Positions 1 to 11,000 of a stretch of 64,000 bases of DNA are shown here, piece after piece. Source of the stretch: Enoplolaimus lenunculus (taxonomy: Eukaryota); assembly GCA_030248215.1 (NCBI GenBank), contig JASANG010003711.1:682001-746000 (forward strand). The letters run 5' to 3'. Below the pieces are notes generated by a model. It was not told the DNA's origin. It was given only the letters and a program-made list of their open reading frames with translations, and did no database searches. Position numbers and translations under genes: made by a program. Positions within the stretch are counted from its first letter, which is position 1, and each line of letters opens with the position of its first letter.

Positions 1-902
1 CAACATAACTTAGAACAATGCGGACATAATCTAGCATCACGCAACTTCTCCATACAAATGAAACATTTGAAAACTTCTGATATGCTTTCCAAACTTTTCT
101 CATCCATATTTGCTTGTTCTCATCCAACAAAAGCAATTAAAGAATATATATGTAATATCATAATTAGAGTTGCAACATTTAAAAATAAATATGCGACCCG
201 GATTTTTCAGGAAGAAAAACCCGGACCTGGAATTTTTAATGATGCAAAGCCGGACACGGACCCTGATTTATTTTCCTGGCACACCTGGACCCGGATTTAT
301 TTTCCTGGCAAACCTGGACTCGGAATTTTAATAACTTAAAAACTGAACATAATCCTATTATAGCATCTCAGTGTGTAAAATATTAATGGGCAATATGCAA
401 TGCGAAGCGACTAATGTCATTCACAAAAAATTTAGTTCAAGTAAATCATTAAGCAAAATGTCGAATTAATAACTTAAAATTGAGACATGGAATGTCGCTG
501 CATCCCGACCATTCTAACCATTCTTAATTAAACATTCGTTATCGTAACGCATGTATATCTACGTAGGTTATTTATTACTCATAGGTAAAGCCTGTTAACA
601 GACATGTTGGGAGCGTTTTATTTCTAATGTATTTGACGCAGTTGTTAGCGTTGGTTGTTGTTCGCTCCATTGTGTGAAAATTTTAAAACAGAAAAGTATT
701 TTCTTGCTCTGTCAAATTCAACCAAAATTCTCGGTCTCGGTAGGTTGGTCTCGTTCTCGGTCTCGGTCTCAGCCTCGGTTTCGCTTTTGTGACCGAGACC
801 GCCCATCCCTGCTCCTATTGCATACAACCTTACGGCTTTTGATAAATTATTTTGCACAAGACCAACTATGATCGGAATTCATACGACAGAATACACGAAA
901 AC

Positions 903-1032
903 CAGGGTGCAACCATAACCCTCCGATTATCCAAAATTCTGCTTTTTGAAAGGAAACCCAAAACACTTTGACTTTATTGTATCAAAGCTCAAATAGTTGC
1001 ATTTTCACAATTGTAATTCCGGTTGCACCCTG
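903..1032. mobile_element. short hAT-like MITE
   Basis: Perfect 12-bp TIR CAGGGTGCAACC ... GGTTGCACCCTG; no clear TSD. Confidence 0.55.
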
Positions 1033-1142
1033 CAGAATAGATAGCATACATATGAAAAATCAACACGTAATACACCCTGCAAAGTAGCTATGCAGTAAAA
1101 AGCGTAGTACACTAGTAAGCAACGTATATAATAGCTAACAGT

Positions 1143-1216
1143 GCCGCGATAGCTCAGTTGGCAAGAGCGTTGTCCTGGTTAGCCAAAGAGCGCCGGTTCT
1201 AATCCAGCCATGGTCA
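1143..1216 (+). pseudogene. tRNA-like sequence (tRNA pseudogene or SINE head; apparent anticodon GGT)
   Basis: A box TAGCTCAGTTGG (1150-1161), B box GGTTCTAATCC (1195-1205), anticodon arm TTGTC-CTGGTTA-GCCAA; acceptor stem pairs poorly. Confidence 0.65.
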
Positions 1217-2314
1217 ATTGTTTCAACTATTTCGCACTAACGTAACACTTACATAAAATGCCTATAAGGCCGCGCAACCTTACAGGATACAGCTACTGTC
1301 CCGTTTCCTTCTTGCGTACACCAGTACTGATCAAAATTAGTAACCTCAACGTCACTTTAAACATATAAAACCAAGTGTTACATAACATTCAACTGACGCT
1401 CTATGTGTTATAAAAAGCACCATAAACAGTTGCTGTGGTAGGGTGGAGCTGGCGTTAGCGTTCTCTCTGCGGCACGCGGAAATAAAACCTAAGCTTACGC
1501 TAGCGACTAGCTATGTCGTTTACGGTATTGCATTTTCACCGCAATTTCGTGCCTAACGGCTGTGAACTCTGTATATCCGGTGCTTTAATATTTCGTCTCA
1601 AAACTTTTTGGTTCGTTTAAGACACATTGTGTTAAACCAGAGTTCTGCCAATTCATCCAAATTCACTTATTTACCGACCAAACTCTACTATTTGCGCGCT
1701 TGTCACATTTTTTTAGTTTTCAAACCACTATTTCCGACTAATTTCCAAGCGCTCGCGACTTTGAGTTTTCCATTACTGCAAATTATTTACGAAATTTTCA
1801 TTTCATGTAACTTCCACAATTTCGTATTTTCTGTGATCTCAATATTGTACTTTTGTGTTTTCGGGACTCCCACTCCCATTTTTAACTAAACTTTGCGTGC
1901 TAATTCCATTTCGCACCCTTATTTCTGCTAATTGTCACCCTAATTTTGTCTATTTCTGATATTTAAGTCTTTCCGGTTTTGGGCCATAATTATCAGCATG
2001 CTCAACACCTTAATTTGCTTGCTAGCTATCATTTTGTGCGATTTCGTCATATTTGGAAGCAGCATGGTTTTAGAGTGTTGTGCAGTGTTTTAATTTAGTT
2101 ACTATCGGCATCGGCGTATTTATGTTATAGGACTACTTATTTTTGGACCTGGCAAGTGTGTGTCTTTGTAATTGTCATGTTTTATAGTTATAATTCCCTT
2201 ATCTGACCGAATTTTCGATATTATAAACTTACAATTAGGACAAATAATACTAACGCGCTTGCATATAAATTATTTCTCTGTCAAGTTCTTTATATTTTGC
2301 ATCGCGTCACAACG

Positions 2315-2857
2315 ATGGATGACGACGTAATCGACGACAACAACGCGTTGCCAAATACCGACAGCTATGTCATAGAACGACAACCACAACCGCAAAAGTT
2401 TTATTCGAAACATCGGACACGTGTAGCTGCATTTTCTTTCCCTGCGCCTTCAGCGAACGACACTGTAAAAACGGAACCTAAGGAACAAGATCAACCAATA
2501 GAGAAAATGCGTGAACAAATTGTCCAGGAAGAGGGTCTTGAAATCACTGATGATTGGTTTGAGGACCATGACTCGGAAGAATTACAGGCCGGAAAGTTAG
2601 ATCCTTGCCAACTGGCAACGGAAGTGGAACAGACAACAACAATAGACTCATTATTAAATTTAGTTCACCAACTTAAAAATAAAGATCTACCAAAACTAAC
2701 AGTTGAAGCGTCAAACGATCCAGCTGGGTTTTTTAACCTTTCTTTGGAGTTGGAATTAAAAATGAAAGCTATTGCAGAACGCCTTGACGTTATCACTTTA
2801 AACATGCATGCACTTTATCAAGTTATGCAATTATTGTTTTTTATAAAGGTCTACTAA
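2315..2857 (+). CDS. acidic ~180-aa ORF with BESS-like C-terminal motif; possible MADF/BESS or Harbinger ORF2-derived remnant
   Basis: ATG at 2315 within the longest ORF of the track; acidic disordered N-part; C-terminal DPAGFFNLSLELELKMKAIAERLDVITLNMHALYQ resembles the BESS motif by eye. Confidence 0.4.
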   Translation: MDDDVIDDNNALPNTDSYVIERQPQPQKFYSKHRTRVAAFSFPAPSANDTVKTEPKEQDQPIEKMREQIVQEEGLEITDDWFEDHDSEELQAGKLDPCQLATEVEQTTTIDSLLNLVHQLKNKDLPKLTVEASNDPAGFFNLSLELELKMKAIAERLDVITLNMHALYQVMQLLFFIKVY

Positions 2858-3014
2858 AAATGTAAAACACTAAAAAATAGTGAGTCAAATTGACTGTCTC
2901 CGAAGCCAATGTAATACTTTAAAAATCGTAACAGTAGATTGAGCATATTCCTAAGCCTAAGCCTAAGCGTTGCAAAAAAAGTGTTCCTAAGCCTAAGCCT
3001 AAGCAAAAAATGTT

Positions 3015-3399
3015 AAGAGTGGTCCCCATTTTGAGTCCCAATCAATAGAAGTTCGTATCCCTAATAAGAGTCCGTAAGCCGATAGAGTCCTTAAACCCTA
3101 ATTTGAGTCCATAAATGTCAATTATCTCTAATTTTACCGTGTAAATGGCTTCATTACCGAAGAAAGTTGAGTTCGAAACTTTAAAACGTACTTGAGTTTG
3201 AAAGTAACATTCCAAAGTATACCTCGCATTTATAGCTCAAGGTAAAAACGTTTAAGTCAACGGATAGTTTCAATACCGGATCAGTAGCGATGTGTAACGG
3301 AGGGCGGGTTGAAAATAACAGTCCGTAACTGAATAAAAGGGGTACTCTCTGGTGAGGCCAAATTAATATCAGCCCCCCTCTTTATACGGGTCTCTACAG
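3015..3399. mobile_element. truncated copy of Tc1/mariner-like MITE family A
   Basis: Ends TATACGGGTCTCTACAG|TA; body matches the copies at 12432 and 32852. Confidence 0.65.
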
Positions 3400-3537
3400 T
3401 ACACACTGCGTTTTGTATTCTTGAGCTTTAACACTCCCAATGAAAGGTGCAACCCTTGTACATCTTGTCCGTGTATAACTTGCGCAGGCAATGTAACAGC
3501 CTTTACAAGAGCTTGCCGTCTATTTTTATGTCATGTA

Positions 3538-4635
3538 CTGTATTGACCCGAATAAGGGGGGGGGGACTGATATTTATTTGGCCTTTCCAGACGGTACCCC
3601 CCTTGTTATTCGGTTACGAACTGTTATTTATTTTTAACCCACGCCCCACCGCCCTTCGTTACTGATATATCCGGTACTGCAATTATCCGTTGAATTAAAC
3701 ATTTATTTCTCTTGGGTCAATAGCTGGAGCGATAATATAAGGTAAAACGCTATTTTTAACCTGTTCCGCGTAACGAGTTTTATCAGCATCTTTCAATAAA
3801 TGCGTTTTTGTAAGCGTAAAAACTTGAAAATTAATCGCGTGTGCTACAAGACGCTGCAGGGCTGGATTAAGGTGGTGGGAGACCCGGGGCCCATATGACC
3901 AGAAGATCTGGGGCCCGTATGACTAGGAGGCCCGGGGCCCATCCGACTAGCATGCCCTTTTTAACCATAATTATTTTATGCATCAGAGCTTAAAGTGATA
4001 CATTGTAATGAAACAAATTGTACCAAAAGTACGAAACAAAATTTCGGCCCGGCGACTTTTTTAGATTTACACTTCGAGAAGTTACTTACGATTCCACCGA
4101 AGTCTAGACATTTTCTCAAATCCGAAAATGGACAGTGCGGGACCCCGTTTTTTTTCTTTTTCTTATTTTTTCGACCACGCTATTTTCCAAAAATATCTTT
4201 GAACACACTCTTAAGGTGGCACCGAATCCACGATGCTACCGAACCCGACCCCGAATCCGAATCCATTGCTAATTTGTAGAATCTGAGTTCGAATCTTGCA
4301 TGTTGCGAATTTCAAATATATATCTATATTAATTTGTTTCAGAATACAAACGTAATTCCAGCAGCATAACTTTTAACGTTGGTATTAATATTTCAAGCTC
4401 GACCTTAGTCCTGAGATTTGTAACTTGTAATAAAAATATTGATTTACTTTAATGTTTCGAACTCAAATTATTTGGTCCTGGAGTCATTTATACGCTAGAA
4501 TTAGGGTTAATTGCCGTTTATGGACTCTAATTAGGGTTTAGGGACTCTATCCGCTTACGGACTCTTATTAGGGATACAGACTCCTATTGATTCGGACTCA
4601 AAATGGGGACCCCCCTCGTATTCGGGTCAATACAG
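3538..4635. mobile_element. Tc1/mariner-like MITE family A, long copy with nested insertions
   Basis: TA|CTGTATTGACCCGAATA ... TATTCGGGTCAATACAG|TA (perfect 17-bp TIR, TA TSD); about 1.1 kb versus about 0.4 kb for sister copies. Confidence 0.8.
3857..3971. mobile_element. GC-rich hAT-like element end (CAGGGCTGGATTAAGG...)
   Basis: About 115 bp highly similar to 10658-10772. Confidence 0.6.
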
Positions 4636-5031
4636 TAGTTGAGTTGGACGCATATCCATGTGTGACATGCAGAAGGTAAAGTTATTGCGGAACGAAGATT
4701 CATTAAGATATATTTGAATTCTATGAACTATTGATTCAAAAACAAAGGAACGCCTGTATACACACTGGTTTATTGCCTATCTTTCTACGCTGTTCTAGCC
4801 AATAGGCCCTATGACAGGTTTTCTAATTCTGTGCTTTTAAGCGGACACGTAATGCCGTTTGTTTTTTGCAATTTTACCACTTTTTGGTGTACTTTTTTTA
4901 TTCCTTGATAAATTTGTGACGAAACAAATAATTGCGTTGGTCAACGCCTATGCATGTGATTATAAAAGCTACGCACACGTAATCCTGTACGGCAACAAAA
5001 TAGTCTATAAGAATAGCGCCATCCTTCGGCA

Positions 5032-6779
5032 TATAGATGGGCACCGGATATCCGGATATGAAAAATATCCGGATATGTATCCGAAATGAAACGTGTATCC
5101 GGATATACGGATATATCCGGATGTGAAATGCATTTGTCTAAAATTTTTTTTGGAATAATTTGCATGGTTTCACCACCAAAGTAGCTGGAGCTGACGAAAA
5201 AATTCTGTATTTGGATGCAATCCGTTGCTATTTGGATTCAATCAGTTTCGTCTTCTGCTTTTTTGACGCTCGGACATTTAATAAAACTGGTGTGCCCTTC
5301 ATTGAATTTCGGCCAATGTTACTTTTAGGGGCGTAACAGAACATTAAACGTATCCCTATTAGCCTAAGCAAAAATTGTAATAATAGAAAACTCAACGGCC
5401 CTAATGGGCCTGAGTTTCTGTAGAATTCGATATACGGCTGGGTTTCACACAGGTCTGGCTTTATCCGTAATTCAATGCAACGCTAATTTACCTCTGGGAC
5501 GTTTTAGTGGTTTTATTTAATACAACGTTTTTCTGAATTAACACTTCGTGTTTTCCGAGAATTATGATAGCAAGCTTACTGAGAACAGTATGATGTAGAC
5601 TACAGATGAACACCGGATATCCGGTCTTGATGAGAAAAATGTCTAAGGACCCCTACCTTACAATTTGTCCCCACTCTCCACATTAATTTTTGTGATAAAA
5701 TGATATGGTCATTCATTACCTTACAATTTGTCCTTTCATCATAATACTTTCGTTATAAAATAGGGTCCTACCTTATAAAAATTGCGTTTCAAAATATTTA
5801 CCATCCCGCCCATTTAGAAATTTCTGGAACCGCTGCTGAAACCTCGACACCAGTATAAGTAACATGGGCTGATGTTTGTACGACTTAGCTTAAGTGTATT
5901 TCAATTTGGTTCTTTGTTCTTGGAACTAAAACGATTCAAGTATATATAGTTCGAGGGAAGGGTTATATTCGATGAAATCTCTATTGCAGTGGTTTAAATA
6001 AGACAATGGACAAGCCAAATCAACTCAATTTTAAATTGTCAACGCAAGTATTTATTTAGTAGTCTGTAGCAACCTTCTAAGCTGAATACCCAGAACTATT
6101 GAGGAACTGCAGTGACTAGTGAGTGACCCGAATAAGAAGGGGGACTGATATTTATTTGACCTCTCCAGAGGGCACCCCCCTGTTATTCGGTTACGGACGG
6201 TTATTTATTTTTATCCTGTCCTCCGCCACACTTCGTTACACATATGTATAGTAACTAAACCTTGAATTGAATGTTCATTTGCCTTGTATCAAAAGCTTTA
6301 GCCATCATGCAAGGTTATTATTAGGAACTGACTTTGAAAACTTCAGTACGCTTCAAAGTTTTGAACTCACCTTTATTTGGTTCTTGAGTCATTTATGCGC
6401 TACAATTAGGAATAATTGACATTTATGGACTCTAATTACCGACTCTATGCGCTTACGGACTATTATTAGGGCTACGGACTCCTATTGATTGGGACTCAAA
6501 ATGGGTACCCCTCTTATTCGGGTCACTACAGTACTGGCATAAAAAATACCGATTCTTTGCATGAAGGACAGGGTACATCCTTAGAGCAACAAGTTAAACA
6601 TGTGCTTATAAGAAACGAAAATTGAGGTTCGGAAACTCAAAAAACACAAAATCGAGTTTCGGATATCCGAAATAGAAAATTTCATTTCGGATGTCCGGAA
6701 ATCCGGATATATCCGGATAAATATCCGGCAAGAATTGCCGGATATCCGGATATGAAAAAATATCCGATGCCCATCACTA
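5032..6779. mobile_element. hAT-like non-autonomous element with ATCCGG/CCGGAT subterminal repeats
   Basis: Termini TATAGATGGGCA ... TGCCCATCACTA; dense ATCCGGAT repeats at both ends; flanks CTTCGGCA / CTTAGGTA (6/8 putative TSD). Confidence 0.65.
6107..6531. mobile_element. Tc1/mariner-like MITE family A nested in the hAT-like element
   Basis: GTGACCCGAATAAG ... CTTATTCGGGTCACTACAG|TA. Confidence 0.8.
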
Positions 6780-7342
6780 CTTAGGTATGTGTCGGCTGGG
6801 TTCTAGAAAATAGCGGCGGCGCAACGACATGTTAGAAGCTGAGGACCCAGGTGGTTTTAGAAAAGCCCACTAGAAACTATCAAACGGTGTGGCATTCCAT
6901 CAAAATTTGAAGACAAGTTTCTGACGTGGATATTAAGAATAGTATAGAATTGAAATAAAAGTGGTGCGGTCCACGTAAGAACCCCCTTTCCCAAAAAGCA
7001 GGTCTAGTCTTTAGCAAGTGTGGGACCTTCCCTAAAATGATAATCGCGGGGCTCCAAAAATAATATTACAGCAACTTTTTTTGATGCATTTTGCATGAAA
7101 TTCAGTGCAAAATATTAGTTTGGAGTTGATTGAGGAAATAACACTTAAACCATATGGCTGAGCAAGCAAGAGTTAGAACTGCAAATATAACACTTATTTT
7201 TTCAGCTAAATTTGACGACAAACTTTCAATTTTGAAGGCCCCTGAAATTTCCGCCATTTGATGTGCTTGGATGCCATTAAAGACTGGTCCTGAAAAAGGT
7301 CAACCAACCAGACCATCTGCTGTTTGCCTTCACGAGAATCTC

Positions 7343-7531
7343 GGCCAATGTTATTTTAAGTGGCGTAGCAGTAGATTAAGCGTATTCCTAAGCCTAAGCC
7401 TAAGCCTACACCTTGCAAAAATGTGTTCCTAAGCCTAAGCCTAAGCTGAGCAAAAAATGTAATCTAGAATCTAAACCTACTCTGATATGAACCCACCAGA
7501 AACCTGGACGCCCCTTAAAGTAACATGGGCC
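7343..7531. mobile_element. MITE family B (Merlin-like, internal CCTAAG repeats)
   Basis: TIR GGCCAATGTTA ... TAACATGGGCC; internal (CCTAAG)n; degenerate 8-bp TSD. Confidence 0.7.
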
Positions 7532-7767
7532 CGAATCACAAATGACTTAGTAATGAGCTCAGATTATGGTGAACAATTACTGAGATATATAGAACATCAT
7601 TGTGAATATACTTATAATGATAAATTAAATATGTCAAACATTTCAACCCCGTGGCGGGGTTTAAATTTTAACCAATTTTAAATTAATTCCCGTACCACAC
7701 CACCCCGCACCCTGTGGGCATCTCTATCCCCATGACATCCCTGATAACCACTGTAAACGCTTTCGAT

Positions 7768-8059
7768 CTAGTGGTGCCTTTGATGGCGCTTCTTATTAAT
7801 CAGTCTTCGATTGGAAAACGATTCGGTCTCGCGTGAATAGTGTTTATGCCGTATACTGGTGGCGGGTTCGCTTTCGTAGTCACTGTTTAGATAATAATAG
7901 TAAGCTGTTTGGAAGGGTTCAACTTTAGAAGTAGTGGCGTAATTTGTTGTTGCAACAGTTGCTGGATGTGAAACATCAGATATGACTGGAGGAGGTCTTA
8001 GGTTGCGGTCGTCTCTGTGCCACTGAGTCGATTTGTCATTCTGATTATCGTTGCGGTAT
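7768..8059 (-). CDS. MACIT collagen candidate terminal exon (96-aa extension YRNDNQND...KKRHQRHH*)
   Basis: Acceptor TTTAGTTTCAG; open for 96 codons in the phase-2 frame set by exon 9140-9159; stop TAG at 7770-7768. Confidence 0.45.
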
Positions 8060-11000
8060 CTGAAACTAAACGTACCTTAACTATTAAGGAATTGATGGGT
8101 TCTTTTGTGAAAATACGAAACATTTCAGTACTGAAATTGCCGGAACCTCAAGTAAAAATTATGGTCAATTTTCTGCGACCGCCGGAGGAAAACTTCGGTT
8201 TGAGCACTGGATATTAGCTATGTCATCAACGTTTAACATTGAATTTTGTAGCAACCTGAATTATAAAATAAGACAACTAACCCGTATATATTCGCATAGT
8301 AATTGTAGTTTTTCCATTCAACGTCATAGTTCGGTCCTTCTAAACGTCGTTTTGTTCGATATGAATTTCTCGCGTTATTAAATCTAAAATAAGACTTATA
8401 TTTTAGAATTATTTAGCAGATATTTTCATTCAATATAAATGCAATGGAAACAGATCCTATGCTTATTAATCATGTGTACATTAAAAGTTTAAACGATCGT
8501 GTTTATAGCCCGCCGGTTCTCAGATATCACTTTATCTCTAGTACTATTATGCCATATTGTTAGTCACATTGCCTATCACCAATTAGTAGGATTAGTTTTC
8601 AAACCAACCCACATTAGCATTGAATTTCACACTCAAGCTCAAAAATAGAATAAATCAAATGCGGCAAATCAGCCGAATTTTGTCATTCGCATCTGGCAAG
8701 TTAGAAGAAGGCATATCACGAACTTTATGTTATGTTATATAAGTGCTCCACACATCTGATCAAAGACCTGTGGGGTTTAATAGTGTAATTTCAGTTTACA
8801 AGCAAATCCACATCAGCAAAAGTTAGATAGTTTTAATATATGTATTAGAATGTTTGTGATCGTAACTTTATGCCGTAAATCCGAGTTCGTGATCGCAGAA
8901 GAAAGTTCCGAGCAGTTAGCTTTCACTCACATACCTCAAAATTGCAACTTTTACTACAGTTTACATTTCATAAAAACTTTTCAGCTTTTATAGAAGTGTT
9001 CAATTATCCGTGTTTATAACAGTTTGCCTGAATTGCGGGTTCAAACAATAAGTCTAAACCCGTATTAATACGTAACTATCATATTTTAGACAAAAATATT
9101 TCACAGTGAAGTATAATCAAAGAAATTGAAGACCACTACCTGTCAACGCCGTAGATATTCTAAAACAAGGTATATTATTTTTATCAAAAACATTTATATT
9201 GATATTAACCCTTTCTCTTTGAATATTTTCTATTTCCCTTGAGACCTACTTTTATGCTAGGATTCGAACTTCAGTGACTGGAGTGAGAGGCGTATACCAT
9301 CACCACTCATCTACAGGAGCTTGACGCTCGAGCCCGAGTGGGCTCTCACGTCTTGTGGTGATTTAGTACTATATATACGTGTTGCAATTGTTAAACACGG
9401 TGCGATATATATTATTTAACGTATATACAATGCGCTGAGTTGCCTATAGGCAACTCAACGTGAGAAGGGGTTAATATAGCATCATTACTTAATCAGAATG
9501 ATTTACTGTATGCGCTCATTAAGCAGATAATAAATTTTTAGTTCAATCCAACTACCTAAATTGAGTAACAACTGTAAACGTCTCAGCTATAGAGCCCTCA
9601 GCGTTTGATGAACACGCTGGTATTTAAAATAATGCAAAACACCATTGAAACTTGAAAAAATTTGCAAAACAGAATAAAAAAATATAAGTATATTGGCTTA
9701 GGCTTAGGCTTAGCATTAGCTTAACCAAGTCATGTGACGTTTAGACTTCAAGCATGTAGAAAGCATTTATGATAAGAATTAGTTCAATTTTAACAGAATA
9801 TAACAAATTTTAAAACGCAGCGCTGGCATTTAAAATACTTACCTTCAAATTAGCGTTCATTCGTCTGGCACCACAACCAGGAACATACAAACCGTCTGGA
9901 CCGATCGGGCAATTGGCGTCCAAACCTGGTATTCCCTGTGAATTTCAAAGAAAATTTGAATCTGGTTACTAATTTCAAAATAATATACGGCCCATAGTAA
10001 TTTTTAAAAAAGGCTGAAATTGAAACAAATCCAGCATTGATAATGAACCATGCAAAAGTTTTAAACATTATTAAACTTCGTTTCACCAGTAGCGGATAAA
10101 CATAAACAGTTAACTGGACCGAAGCTCGAAATCTATTGAAAGCCTTAAACTTAGTAGTCCCAGCAATAAATAATTTTAATAGCCTGAGCGTTTCCTGTTA
10201 ATATTTGCACGCAGGTTAGCGAATTTATGGCCAATCAGAAAATATTACACAAACTTCTTAAATTTAACAAAAATATCAGAAATACAATGCAACTCACCGG
10301 CGTTCCAGGTGGACCAGGTTTGCCCCGAAGACCACGAGATCCCTAAAATAAGTATAACATATTTCAAAATTTCACATTAAAGAATTTAGCTAAAGAGCTT
10401 AAAGTATATTGTGCCTAGCACTCTGTCTTGCTCACCCACGCCGTAATTGCCTTTTACTGCCAACGGTAACGGTTAAAAATCAAGTTAATACTTCACATAT
10501 TACGGCCAATAATCTGGTTAATGAAATATGATTTCAAGCAGAAGTTGCATAAATTTAGAAATGACATTTACCTGCGTTCCAGGAGTGCCAGACAAACCCT
10601 GAAACAATATAAACCAAGCCGAAACGCAAAATTACGTTAGTAAATAGCTTTGCTTTCCAGGGCTGGATTAAGGTGGTGGGAGGCCCGGGGTTCATATGAT
10701 CAGCAGGTCTGGGGCCGGTATGACTAGGAGGCCCGGGGCCCATCCGACTAGCATGCCCTTTTTAACCATAATATTGCAAACGAAGCCAAAACAGCACCCG
10801 GCAATGCCAGATCAACAACAAATATTACGATAGCGTTACTTACTCGACGCCCTGGAGGTCCCGGGAGTCCAAATTCACCTTTATCACCCTGAAAAGGCTG
10901 AGCAAATATTAAACTTGTTTAATGTTACTTAAAAAACTGCTCTAAAGTGAATCTTAACAGGTATGCAGATGTCTTAAACATGTAGGCTTTGAACACTTCC

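Noticed and set aside
58..871. ORFs with KPGPG and ETETE repeats
   Set aside because: Derived from CCGGA and GGTCTC subterminal repeats of hAT-like MITE fragments (right end CCCATCCCTG at about 811)
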